NCBI GenBank assembly: GCA_964016885.1
Contig: OZ024743.1
Location: forward strand, 10,106,001 to 10,170,000
DNA: 64,000 nt
DNA from: Eledone cirrhosa
Taxonomy: Eukaryota
Direction: 5' to 3'
Both the position numbers and the translations under genes were made by a program. A model generated the notes under the pieces. It worked only from the letters and a program-made list of their open reading frames with translations, made no database searches and was not told where the DNA came from. This document shows positions 24,176 to 37,078 of the stretch, in pieces. Every line of letters begins with the position of its first letter. Position 1 is the stretch's first letter.

Positions 24176-25261
24176 GCATCACTGACTTACATATACAACT
24201 TGGAATGTATCACTCCAGAATCCTAGAAATCAAGGGAAGATTTTTATAAATTTTTTTTATTCATGTCCACTCAAAATGGGCCAGGCTAGTATTTGACCTG
24301 TTTATATATATCGATGTTGTTGTACTATTGCGGCAACATGCTTCTGGTCACTTTATTCCTGGTGCCATAATTCCTTACCTTTTTGTGTTCATTCTCGGTA
24401 GAAATATATCAATTTCTCACTCATTGAGTGCTTTGTGACTGCCTTTGATATTTCGATTGACATCTGCTATAGTGCAGCTGCAACTTCAGTTTATACTCAT
24501 TATTATTATTATATAGATAGATAGAGCTGCAAATAATTTCCTGAAGAGGATGTCAATGACGATGATGTAGTAATAGAAAGCTGGAAAGAAAGTATTTCTG
24601 GAGGCAATTATTAATGTCTTGGTTGTTATCAAACAACTTAATCCCTACATCTCTACATTAAAAGAGCTGTACTTTTATATATTGCATTCTTCTCAGACAT
24701 ATCTACAATTCGATATCTTCTATATTTCTTGTCATTCTCAGTACAATGTTTCCATACTAAAATAATTATTATGAAATGAAAGTCACCAGATGGTAAGAGA
24801 TTTATGTAGATGAATTTTTACACATGTTAGTATTGTATGATCTTTACGAGTGATGTCTTTTTAATCAGATTCTTCAAAGGGAATTTTACTTTTTGATAGA
24901 ATTTCCGCTTTATTATGATTTTCGTTCTATATTTTGGAAATATTAATCTGTGCTTTCTAACATTTGCAATATGTTCATTTTATAGAATGAAATTGAATGA
25001 AACTAATTAAGAAAAAACATTATTTAGATTTACATACGATATACATTTTTTCTTTGCTGAAAAATAGGTCAAAGGTTATTTCCCTTGCACAATATCTATA
25101 ATGTCATATTCTATTTATAAATAACTTAAGTCATAATGAAAAGCTCTAGTTAAACGGAAACTTAGAATCATAAAACCAAGATAATATGGTGTGCTATATA
25201 TGATACTCATAATTTTCATCATGATCATCATGTTAATGATTTTGTCATGTTTGTCACGTTT

Positions 25262-25778
25262 AGAGAGCTGCTCCCACAGTTGACAACAAAAGGTTTCTTC
25301 CTATGTACTAAGGGACAACTGTATGATGCCTGTGTGCAAAGTGCAATGTTGCATATTTGTGACTGCAGAGGACATCCGTAGACTGGAGAGAAATGAAGCA
25401 ACCATTATCCATTGAATGCAATGTTAATGTGAGAGAAAGGCAGATCTTGAATGAGTTGAGAGAAAAGCTGAGTTTAAGTGGAATCTGAGATGGTGTGCAG
25501 GAGAGATGACTGAATTGGTATGAATATATGATGCACATGGACATTACTTGTTGGGTGAAGAAGAGCCAGGAAATATCAGTGGAAGGAAGCTGTAGAGGTA
25601 GACCAGAAAGACCTGGGCAGAGGTTGTGAGTGCTGACCTCAAATCACTGAGACTCACAGAGAAGATGAGGAAGGAAAGTGATGATTGGAAAGATGCTGTG
25701 CTTAGAAGGACCCATCCAAACCATGCAAGCATAGAAAAATGGATTTAAAAACGATGATGATGATGATGTTGGTGATGA
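25262..25778 (+). mobile_element. Decayed RTE 3' fragment
   Basis: Homologous to 12600-13100; ends AACCATGCAAGCATAGAAAAATGG..(GAT)n. Confidence 0.8.
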
Positions 25779-25830
25779 TATACATATATATACAGATACA
25801 TACACACATACATACAATACATATATACAT

Positions 25831-25866
<36 letters not shown>

Positions 25867-28800
25867 CCAGGGGGTGTAACTTGGAGTTACTGCAGGTTCA
25901 CCCGGGAGAGCACTCGATGTTTAGGTTCACTTCTGTGATGAGGTGTAGAGATCCTTTCAATATATATATACATGCATATATAAATGCATACAAACACACA
26001 TATTGATACTATATGTATATTAATGTATAAATTCACAAATGTTCTGAATGCTTTCTTATAAGTCATCTGATAAAGATAATGCATACCTGATATTCATATT
26101 TATTTCACTTTTCTTTCTAATATCTCTTGTGAAATATGATTGTTACTCTCCTGAAATTATTGGGCACTAATTATCTACTGAGCTACTTGATGCAAACTCT
26201 CGGAATTTTATTTAATACGAAGATAATTAATATGTTTTTAAGAGGTTATCCACATTTACAATCAAAGGACATAAATTGTTGTCAAAATCCATAATTATAG
26301 AATAATTTGATAAAGGAGTAGAAATATAAACTTTGTTGACCTCAATACTAGATGTTCAACTTTCTCAACAGCACAGTCAATGACAGATAACTGAAGTCTA
26401 TGAAATGAAGCTAGTTTCAGATACTCATAAAATCATTGTTACCAATAATTAAAACTGCTACTATTATCAAAACATGACATGTGTCCCTGACAGGAGGCAG
26501 TGAAATATTTCTTCGGTTTAATTGGCTTAACAATGTGTTTATCATGAAGTATAATTTTATATTCACTTGAAGATTCCATCATGACATGAGTGCAGCATAC
26601 TTTTTCAAATATTTTTCAGTATCAGGTTCTTATAAATCTGTTGGGGCTATTATTCATTAGTGGAACAGTTTGATTCCAATTTTTTATTTCATATATTTTT
26701 AGTTTTTTTGTTATTTAGTTTGCATTTCTAACAAAATGACAAAAATAAAAACTGTTGAAACTGAAATGTTTTCATAAAATGAAACCAGGAGGAACAAAAT
26801 TTTAATTTTAATTAGAATTTAAAAAGAAAATGTATGTTTGAACAATGTATAACTAAATTACAGATATACAATTACAGTCCAAATTTAAATATCAAATTTT
26901 TAATATTTCTTCTCAATGGAATTTCACTACAATATCAATTTTGTTTTCACTTGGCTTCTCATGAATCAGGTTTATAAACACATCATCATCGTCATCACTG
27001 TTTAACGTCCATTTTTCCATATTAGATGAGTTGTCCCATTTGAGACAAGTCAGATGAAGTGACTGTGCCTTGCTCTTATAGAACTGTTTCTGGCTTGGTT
27101 TCTACAGCTGGATGCCCTTCCTATCATATATGTCCTATTAATTTCTTCTTTTTCGGCTGAGTTTACACTTGCAAATATTTTCATATTTGTTTCGGTTGCA
27201 GGGGTTACTGCTTCTCCTGAAGGTCAATAGTTCTCTTCTAACTCGAGCGGGAGCACATTTCCATTGTCAATTTGCATTGATCATCTGCAAAGCCGCATTG
27301 TTCTCAGAACCACTACACCAGTCTTTCGATGTGTGCAGCTGGAACTACTTCCACCCATTGATTTAGCAGGATTTTTTTTAGATGGCCGTTGTCTCTTATG
27401 AGTCTTTCGGCCCTTTATCAGGTTTTGCTTTTTGACCTGCAGAGTGTCCAAAATCACCCACCTCACCAAGTAAACTTGGTGGGGTTGCCGGTTTAGTCAC
27501 AGATGACCCGACCACGTGACAGGTTGTATTGGGTTACATGCTACCAGTAGCACTCAAGAGTGAGCTGACATTACTTTTACATAATTTTACATAATTTTAC
27601 ATAACTATAAAATCTTGAATTGAAATTACCATTACTTATTAGAACATTAAATTTGAGATATTGAAAATAAGATGGTTTGGCATCAGGTCAGTAACATACA
27701 TTCTCTAAAATATACTCAAATTTTGTATTCCAATTAAAACACTAATCAGAATTATGATAAAAAAGTAAGTAAATATTTCTGATGCCTGGGATTTCTATAA
27801 TTTCTATGAATTATTTACCTTTCACTGATTATGATACTGAAACATTTACAATGTGAAGCTACTATTTTGCTACTTTTTCTCAGCATTATCAGAATATGAC
27901 TCAAATGTCTACAGTTCCATGTTTGATAAAAAGTAATTTATTAGATATTTTAAAGTTAATTCTTTTTAGCTAAATTTATTAGTATAACTATATTCTGAGT
28001 AATAACATCATGTTTAAGAACAAACTTTTTAAATTTAGGAATATAAAAAGTGCTATCCAGGTTAATAGACCAAGATTAATCCAATTAATGGCAATATAGA
28101 AGATAAAAACATTTACCATATATATAATTCTAATTTAGTCCCCTCAATCCTCAGAAAAATCAAACTAAGTGTAAAGCATAGATAAGTTAATGATAACATA
28201 TTTAATACAGTGTGCTCTAAAAAGCTAATCAGTAATAAATATGCAATTGAGAAAAATATTTAGAGGCAATAGCAAATACTATTTATTTCCATCAAGTAGA
28301 GTATATAAATGTGTACATATTTCAGTCAACACTTTCCAAAGTAGCAATAAAAGAATAGTTGAGTTAATGTACATTTGTTGGCATAGGAAAACAGAATTAT
28401 TTAAGAATTCCGATATGCTATCTACAGTTAAAAAAATAGCCAAGTAGTGCTAACATATTTAATACATGGGTCATTAAAAAGCTAACTAGAGATAATTATG
28501 TAGTAAGCAAAACTTAACTTTGAGTGGCTTTGTTGATGTATATTTGCAAGAAGAAAGTTTTGAATATGCTAACAAAATGTTTTTATGTGTTTTGAGATAA
28601 AAGAGAATAAGGAAATGAAGATATCAATGGCTGAGAACATTTCACATTATTTGTTATATATTAGTCTTGCATATCACTGTGATGCAATGAACTACATAGT
28701 GGATGGCTATTCTAAGTATAGACAACAATGCTGGATATAGATGAGAAAAGAGATCAGATAAAAGAGGACCACCCCATCAATAGTCCCTTCAAACTCTTCT

Positions 28801-30031
28801 AGGTGGTAGGGTGGAGTTATGTAGTAGGAGTAGACATAAACAAATTTGAAATATGACCTACTGTAATACATATTTTGCTTGCTGTATCTATAGACATAAC
28901 CACCTTCAGCAGGAACATTTATTTTAAGTTTTCTGCACCTCCTGTCAGGATTTCCAACTGCAAAACCGATGCGAAGAAGTTTGATCAGACGATCAGTTGA
29001 GATAAGATGAGATTATTTATTATCATTATATAAGTAGTTTCCAACTGGTGCACTGAGTACACTGTTCTGTCATAAGATGTAGTGAGATTCTCTGTGAAAA
29101 TATTGAAAGTATATTCTAAAAATATACAAAAGACAAACTGAGGATAGAATAAAGATAGAATTAGCTGAAATACATCCAAACATACAAAAACATTGTGTTC
29201 ATGTTTCTAATTAATAACCATGCTTCATTTAGCAAATAAAGAAGTATTTAATAATTTTCTATAATTTAAACCCATTCCTGGCTATATTTCTAACAAAATG
29301 CATTGTCCACATGTTTCAATGAATTTTTTTAATACTAAAAAAGTTGGAGAAATTTAGTAAAATAACTAATTTCTCCATTATGAAGTTACTGTTTGGAACA
29401 TAATATAACAGAAATATAAATAAAATACTTCGAACAGCTTTGTATCATAATATCAAGTATCATCATCACCATCATCATCATCAGTTTTATGTCTACTTTT
29501 CTATGCATGGGCTGGATAGGATGTTCTGACACAATGTATTATAACTGAATGTTCTTCCTGACACCAAACCACATGATCACCACTTACAATATGTAGAGAT
29601 ACAATGAATTATTCTAGAAACTGTGGTATGCAGAGTATGTTGGTATCCAAAGGGTTATAAGCTATAATATCTACTTCTTTTAAGCATATTTTGACTAGGT
29701 ATAATGTACAGCAAAATAACTATTTATTCTAAAAAAGGAAGAAAAGATTGGAAACCACTACATTAGATTATGAATGTATAATAAAGTTTACATTGACATT
29801 TATGACAAACTCTGAAAAATACCTTATTATCACCCAATCAAATGAAATCCTTAGGTTGAATTTAGATATAGCCTTCTCTGTTTGAAATAGTTGCTTCATT
29901 GTATTCTCTGTGTGGTTCAATGTAACTATTAGTATACTTGGCTTTACTATCAACTAGGTAATTTGGGGAGATTACCTATGCCACTGTGAGTATTTCTGCA
30001 TGGGTAAAATAACTATCATTATAATTCTTTT

Positions 30032-30176
30032 TGACGCAAAGAGTTACGGCTCTTTCCATTCTGAGTTCAAATCCAGCCGAGGTTAACTTTGCCTTTTATC
30101 CTTACGGGGTCGATAAAATAAAGAACCAGTAATACACTGGGTAATTGCTGGCCTTGTGCTAAAAGTAGAAACAATT
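30032..30176 (+). mobile_element. SINE family B with 14-bp TSD
   Basis: TSD ATTATAATTCTTTT at 30018-30031 and 30174-30187. Confidence 0.88.
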
Positions 30177-31764
30177 ATAATTCTTTTCAATTTTTGCTTA
30201 TGGTACAAAATAATGAGATAAATAGTAATTTTGAAAACAAAAATAGTTATTAACTTAAAATAGTGTTAAAGAAAACAAACGTTTTTATGAGAATAAATTA
30301 AAAATAATATAATTTACTATGGCTACATTTCATTAAAATGATTCATAACATTGCTGATGCAAATATAGTATTAAAGAATGTTATGATTTGTGAAAAAAAA
30401 AATTTATTTTACTGTATGTAAATTATAGTAAAACATTATTCCATACAAATGCCGTAAGCATTAGTTCTTCATTCATAGGTTCATATATGGGAGTGTGTAT
30501 ATCAGTTCATTATTTAACTCAGTGGAAATATTTTTAGTGCTGCAAGGGTGACATAAAAAACAATGATTACACACTAGAAGTTATAGTACTAAATAATAAC
30601 AGTTGAATCTAGCTAACATAGCTTTAAAAAAAAAACAATTCTGGTTACAATTACCAGTACTGAACTAAACTCAGAGAAAAGTTGAAGCATATTGGAAAAA
30701 GTTTGTTTGAAGAGTCTTGCAAATCGAATGAGGCAGCTTAACAAGGTATAGATTTTCAGAAAATTTCCTTCCAATATATGTGACAGTCTGGTTTGAGATG
30801 GATTAAAAAAGTGATCATTGGGATGAGAGAATGGATAAAAAATGGTCCTTTTTGTGTTATCATAATAGAGTTGGGTATGAAATAGTTTATTGCAAAGATG
30901 ATTACTTAAAAGCGACTTTATTTATCTGGAATCTGTCCAGTTCTATCAATGGAACTGCTGAAACTGCTGACAGTACAATGCTCTTGACATGTTATTTAAA
31001 ATAGCAGCCTTTCAGTGATCTCAAAGTTACTGTTAATCAAATAAATAAAAGTGTCTTTCTCCTTTTCTCATTTTCAAATCAACCAACTATATAGGTACAT
31101 TCCTTAACATACAATGCTAGAGGGAAAAAAATTAAAATAACACCACTTTGATAGTGAACAGAAAGCTGAACATCCTCGAAAAATCAATTAGAAGTAAATA
31201 AAACTATTATAACTAACCATAAATATCTCTTTTATGTCTTTATGCCAAGTTTTCCATTTGTTTTCAGTAACATGCTGACCCTAGTAATCAATTACTTCAA
31301 TTTGAGACAGTATTTTTTAAATATAACTTTCCCTTAAACTGTACACACCATATATATATATAATGTGGAATAGAATAAAAGAAGTCATATACTTATGTGT
31401 CAGTTGACTCTTACTCTTAGGCAAAATAACAAGATATGGAAATAAATAAGTTATAAAAATGAAATTACCAGGTATAGTGGTTTAGCTAAAAAGTTTACTT
31501 CATGCATATGTTTCAAGTGACATCTTTGGCACGTGTCTTCTGCTGAAGGTTAGGGTTGGCCAAACACACGTAGAATTTTCTAAATATAAACTGTGCAGAA
31601 GGCCATCATACGCGCACACACACATATATATTCTAACAATATTAGTAAAAATAATAATAATAATGATAATGATTTCTACTATAGGCGCAAAGCCAGAAAT
31701 TTGGGGAGAGGGGAAAGTTGATTAAATTGACTGCAGTGCTTTACTGGCATTTTATTTTATTGTG

Positions 31765-32190
31765 GCTCTAAAGCCTCCTGACATTGTTGTCATAGAAAAG
31801 AAAAATAACAAGGCAAGAATTGTGGGAACACAAGGTGAATGAGAAGGAAAGTGAGAAAGTTGAGAAATACCAGGAGCTAAAGAGAGAAATCAGGAAACAA
31901 TGGAGAATCGGACATGTAGAAGTGGTATCGATTGTGGTTGGTGCACTGGGATCAGTTAGTAAAAATTTAATGTATGGCTTGAGAAGCTAGGAATAACCAC
32001 CAGGACAGGATTGTTGAAGAAATGAAGAAAACAGCCTTGCTAGGAACAGCAAGGATTCTAAGGAGGGCGTTGAAAAATTGAAGGTAAAGGAATAACCCAA
32101 AGCACCTTTGGCCATTGGCTATGACTTGCTCTTTTGGTATAGTGATGGTATAACATCTACTGGAGCAAAGGTGTTACAAATAATAATAAT
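31765..32190 (+). mobile_element. R4/Dong-like LINE 3' fragment (restriction-like endonuclease)
   Basis: KPPDIVVIEK, EKVEKYQELKREI, IVVGALG and KTALLGTARILR motifs; ends in (TAA)n. Confidence 0.75.
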
Positions 32191-32400
32191 TGTTTCTACT
32201 TTTAACACAAGGCCAGCAATTACCCAGTGCATTACTGGTACTTTATTTTATCGACCCCGTAAGGATGAAAGGCAAAGTTAACCTCGGCGGGATTTGAACT
32301 CAGACCATAAAGGGCCATAACTCTTTGCTGCAAAGCATTGCATCTGCACTCTACCGATACTGCCAATCCACCGCCAATGGATACTGCCAATCAACCGCCC
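32188..32400 (-). mobile_element. Full-length SINE family B with 18-bp TSD and duplicated 5' end
   Basis: TSD GTTACAAATAATAATAAT at 32173-32190 and 32401-32418; GATACTGCCAATC(C/A)ACCGCC occurs twice. Confidence 0.9.
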
Positions 32401-32483
32401 GTTACAAATAATAATAATAATCTGTGTTCAAATGGAGATCTACTGTCTACATAAATATGTGTCTGAGAGCAATGAGCCAATGA

Positions 32484-32712
32484 TTAACACTTTAGCATTT
32501 AAACTGGCCATATCCGGCCAGAATTCTTTCACTTCTTTCTATTCGAACTGATCATAACTGGCGATTCATACAGACATTAAAGTATTGTTATCAAAATAAA
32601 TAATAACAAAATCTCATAAATTCGATATTATGTGAGACAATTATGAGAAGTAAAGCCATTACCATGAAAATACAATAGTAAATACAGAGTAATGTAAATG
32701 TTAAAGGGTTAA
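32484..32712. mobile_element. piggyBac-type MITE
   Basis: TTAA borders; terminal inverted repeats CACTTTAGCATTTA and TAAATGTTAAAGGG. Confidence 0.7.
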
Positions 32713-32719
32713 GGCTGTT

Positions 32720-33604
32720 TTGAAGGCAAAGACAATAGACCAAGGGATGTCCAAGAAAGAAGTAACAACAAAGAGGAAGAACAGCCTGATTAAAAAGCTC
32801 CTTCATCGCATCTTTTTAAAGTAAACAGAATTCACAGATCTGCAGACATAGAACTGGTTAAAGAAAGCGGGACCTTAAGGAAACCACAGGGGGAATGCTA
32901 CTGGCTGCACAGAAGCAAGCCCTTATAACGAAGTGGATGAAACACCATATTGACAAGATGGGGGCTAATCTGCTCTGTAGGATCTGTGGGGAGAGAGAGG
33001 AAAATATGGCTCACATCATATCCAAGTGTAAACATCTATCCCAAACTCAATATGAAGGATGGAGGCATACTATCATAGGAAAAGTGATTCTCTGGTAAAC
33101 TGAACAAATTACCTCATTCTGAGCATAAGCCAGAGTTGGTTATAGAAAACGACCAGGTGAAGGTGCTGTGGGATTTCAGGATACAAACGAATAAAAAATT
33201 AAAACACAATAGGCCTGACCTGGTGGTTTTTGGCAAGGAAAAAAGATCTTCCTTGATTATAAATGTAGCTTTCCCCTTTGACTCAAGAGTGTCAAGAAAA
33301 GGAGAAGAAAAATAACTGGGACCAGGATTTAAAGTGGGAACTGAAAAGGATTTAGAATTTTCATGAGATTAAGGTTGTTCCCATCGTCATACAAGAACTA
33401 GGTACTATCTCAAAGAACTTCCAAGGCTAGTTAAAGAACATTAGCCCAACCCCACTTTTTTTTAATATCCCAGAAGGCATGCCTACAGGGAATAGCAAGG
33501 AGCCTCCAATATGTCCTGAATATCTAAGGTTGCAGGTAGCGACTTGATCTTCATTTGGGCAAATTTTCCAGTGAAATAATAACAATGACTGAGTTATCAA
33601 AGTG

Positions 33605-33605
<1 letters not shown>
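32720..33605 (+). pseudogene. Older 3' fragment of the same R4/Dong-like LINE as 33886-36400
   Basis: MLLAAQKQAL...LCRICGEREENMAHIISKC; colinear with ~35500-36400; followed by (TAA)n. Confidence 0.88.
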
Positions 33606-33644
<39 letters not shown>

Positions 33645-33885
33645 TAATAATAATAATGCTTTCTTTATTAACCACAAGGGTTTACACAAAGTAAAATATT
33701 AAGGACAGTACAGGACAATACAGGAAAAATCAGGACGGTACAAATGGCATTTCTGCATGTAAAAAAACAAAAACAGAGGATGTAACAAAAAAAAAGAGGA
33801 ACAATGAAAAATTCCCCAATAGGGGGGAGACTTCCGAGGGCATCGTGGAGAAAGCCCATTAAAAAAAAAAATAATAATAATAATA

Positions 33886-36400
33886 ATGCAAGGATTAGGT
33901 GGTATGAGAACAGAGTCAGTCAGTATAGACAGAACCGTATGTTTGACAACAACCAGAAGATGTTGTTTGGACAGCTTGAAGGGAAAGAAAGGAGCAACGA
34001 CGTGATCCCTGAGGCGGAACAGACTAAGACATTCTGGAGAGGAATATGGGAGCAGGATGTTGAACATAATAGTCAGGCAGTGTGGATTGAGAAAGTTCAA
34101 AAAGAGATTAGTAAACAGGCACACCAACAACCTGATTTGAGTATCACAGTTGAAACTCTTAAAGGGCAGGCCAAAAAACTAACCAACTGGAAATCACCAG
34201 GCCCAGATGGTGTGCAAGTGTATTGGATTAAAAACATAACATCCCTCCACCCGAAACTGACAACCATGTTCAATGTCTGCTTGATGTCGGGTGAGGTACC
34301 AGAGTGGTTGACAAAAGGTACCACAGTTCTGGTAATGAAAGACCAAATCAAGGGTAATGATGTTACCAACTATAGGCCCATCACATGTCTGCCCGTAATG
34401 TAGAAACTGTTGACAAGCATTGTGTCTGAGGAAATCTACCATCACCTCCACATAAACAACTTGCTACCGGACGAACAGAAAGGATGCCGAAAGAAGTCCC
34501 GTGATACAAAAGACCAGGTACTTATTGATAAGATGGTAATGAGGAATTGCAAGAGGAAGCACACTGGTCTTGCTATGGGATGGATAGATTACAAAAAGGC
34601 ATTCGACATGGTACCTCATTCTTGGATAACCAAAAGCCTAGAGATCTTCAAGGTGACAGATAACATCAGACAGTTGTTGAACAAAAGTATGAAGTCCTGG
34701 GAAACAGAGTTAACATCGGGTGGAGAATCCTTGGGAGGTGTGAAAATCAAGAGAGATATCTTCCAGGGAGATAGTTTGTCCCCTCTGCTGTTTGTCCTTG
34801 CTCTGATACCCCTAACCATTATACTGCGAAAAGTGACAGCAGGATACAAGTTGGGAAAAGAAGAGCTTACCATCAACCACCTCCTCTTCATGAACGATCT
34901 TAAACTCTTTGGGTAGAGTGAGAAGGAGTTGGATGTATTTGTTGACACTGTCCGTATTTTGAGCAATGATATATGTATGCAATTTGGTATTAGTAAGTGT
35001 GAAGTCCTAGTGATGAAGAGGAGTAAATTGAGCAGAAGCAACATAATCCAGGTACCAACAGGTGAGATGATAAAGGAAATTGACACTGAGGAGGGATACA
35101 AATATTTAGGGGTTCTGGAGGCAGATGACATCAAGAACAAAAAAATGAAGGAATTAATAAGATCTGAGTACATAAGGAGAGTAAGGAGTGTATTAAAGTC
35201 ACATCTGAACAGTAGGAATGCCATAAGTGTAGTAAATTCCCGAGCTGTGTCTATTATTAGGTACAGTGCGGGAATTCTGAAATGGAATGTTGCTGAACAA
35301 AAAGAAATGGATAGGAAGACTAGGAAGTTATTGACTATCTACAACATGTTCCACAAGAGGAGTGATGTCAATAGACTCTACTTAAAGAGATCTGAAGGTG
35401 GAAGAAGTCTTATCAGCATAGAGGAGTGTGTTCAGATGGAGAAAAACAACCTGCACAAATACATGACTGACAGTAGGGAACTAATGCTCAAAATTGTACT
35501 GAAGGAGAAGACAATAGACCAGGGGATGACCAAGGAGGAAATAACAACAAGGAGGAAGAGCAACCTTCATGAAAAATCCCTTCATAGTACCTTCTTTAGG
35601 AAAACTGAATTTAGAGATCCACAGACATGAAACTGGTTAAAAAGTGGAGACCTTAAAAAGGCTACAGAAGGAATGCTAATGGCTGTGCAAGAGCAGGCCC
35701 TCAGAACAAAGTGGGTCAAACACCATATTTACAAGGAGGAGACTAGCTTACTGTGTAGGATCTGTGGAGAGAGAGAGGAGACTGTGGCTCACATTGTATC
35801 TGAGTGTAAACCCCTAGCCCAGACTCACTATAAAGGCTGGAGACATGATGTGATAGGCAGAGTGATCCACTGGCATATATGCAAAGTAAACTATTTACCA
35901 CATTCTGAGAAGTGGTATGAGCATAAGCCAGAGTCGGTGATAGAAAACGATCAAGTGAAGCTGCTATGGGATTTTAGGATACAGACGGACAAGAAATTAG
36001 AACACAACAGGCCTGACCTGGTGGTTTTGGACAAGGAAAAAATATTGTGCCTGATTGTAGATGTAGCCTGCCCATTTGACCCGAGAGTGCAAGAAAAGGA
36101 GAGGGAGAAAATTAACCAATTTAAAGTGGGAGTTAAAAAGGATTTGGAACTGCCATGAAGTCAAGGTCGTCCCGATTGTCATAGGCGCACTAGGTACTAT
36201 CTCAAAGAGTTTCCAAGGATGGTTAAAGACGATTAGTCCAGCCCCGTTTTTTGGAACACTTCAAAAGGCATGCTTGCTGGGAACAGCAAGAACCCTCCGA
36301 TATGTCCTGAATATCTGCGGCTGCAGGTAACGGCTTGTTATTCATTTCAACAAACTTTCCAGTTAAGTAACATCAATGACTGAGACTCAAAGAACAATAA
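33886..36400 (+). pseudogene. 5'-truncated R4/Dong-clade non-LTR retrotransposon (RT, CCHC knuckle, PD-(D/E)xK endonuclease), disabled
   Basis: KSPGPDG, NYRPITCL, IDYKKAFD, FQGDSLSP, HLLFMND (catalytic D to N), YKYLG, CRICG..ETVAHIVSEC, LWDFRIQTD..NRPDLV..IVDVACPFD; in-frame stops and a frameshift; (TAA)n at both ends. Confidence 0.93.
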
Positions 36401-36769
36401 TAATAATAATAATAATAATAATAGGGATATCTACCATTATAAGAAAGAGAATTAAATTTTTTCTATTGAGTGTATTGAAGATACAATTTGCCATGGTGAA
36501 TGATCAGTTTCATCTCAGAAGAGAATCATCAGATCATTCTCTAAGGATATGAAACTGGGCAATCACTATGAGAAATTGTACCAATTCCTTCATATTAGAA
36601 ATTGAATTATTAATCTCTTAAGAATAGATAATATATACTAGCAGTTGTATCTGGTGTTACCTGGGTGACAAATAGGAAGTACTTTCATATTCACACTAAT
36701 TAAAAAATATACACTTACAGTTATGGTGACACAAAGATACACATACACCAGCTTGTAATTACTGACACA

Positions 36770-37078
36770 CACACCAAAGCTGAAGCATATAGACAGTATT
36801 CTCCCACCCACTTCCCACTGTAAAGTGGTCCTGTAGGTGTCACAACAAGAAATCACCCAGTCCACACTGTAAAGTGGTCATGTAGGCACCACAGTCCCCA
36901 ATACTCACTGTAAATGAGGTTAGTGTTAGGAAGTGCATCCAGCTCTAGAAACCAAGCCAAAATCAGTTCTGTATGAGCAAGATATAGTCACTTGACCTGA
37001 CATTGCCCACGACAGGTCAACTCGTCTAACCCATGCTAGCGTGGAATAATGTATGTAAAACAGTGATGATGATGATGA
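36770..37078 (+). mobile_element. RTE 3'-UTR fragment with about 2 copies of the 48-bp unit
   Basis: Homologous to 47680-48005; (GAT)n tail. Confidence 0.8.

Noticed and set aside
24535-24595. CTGAAGA...GAAAGC hammerhead-like motif
   Set aside because: No convincing stem II or UH cleavage triplet
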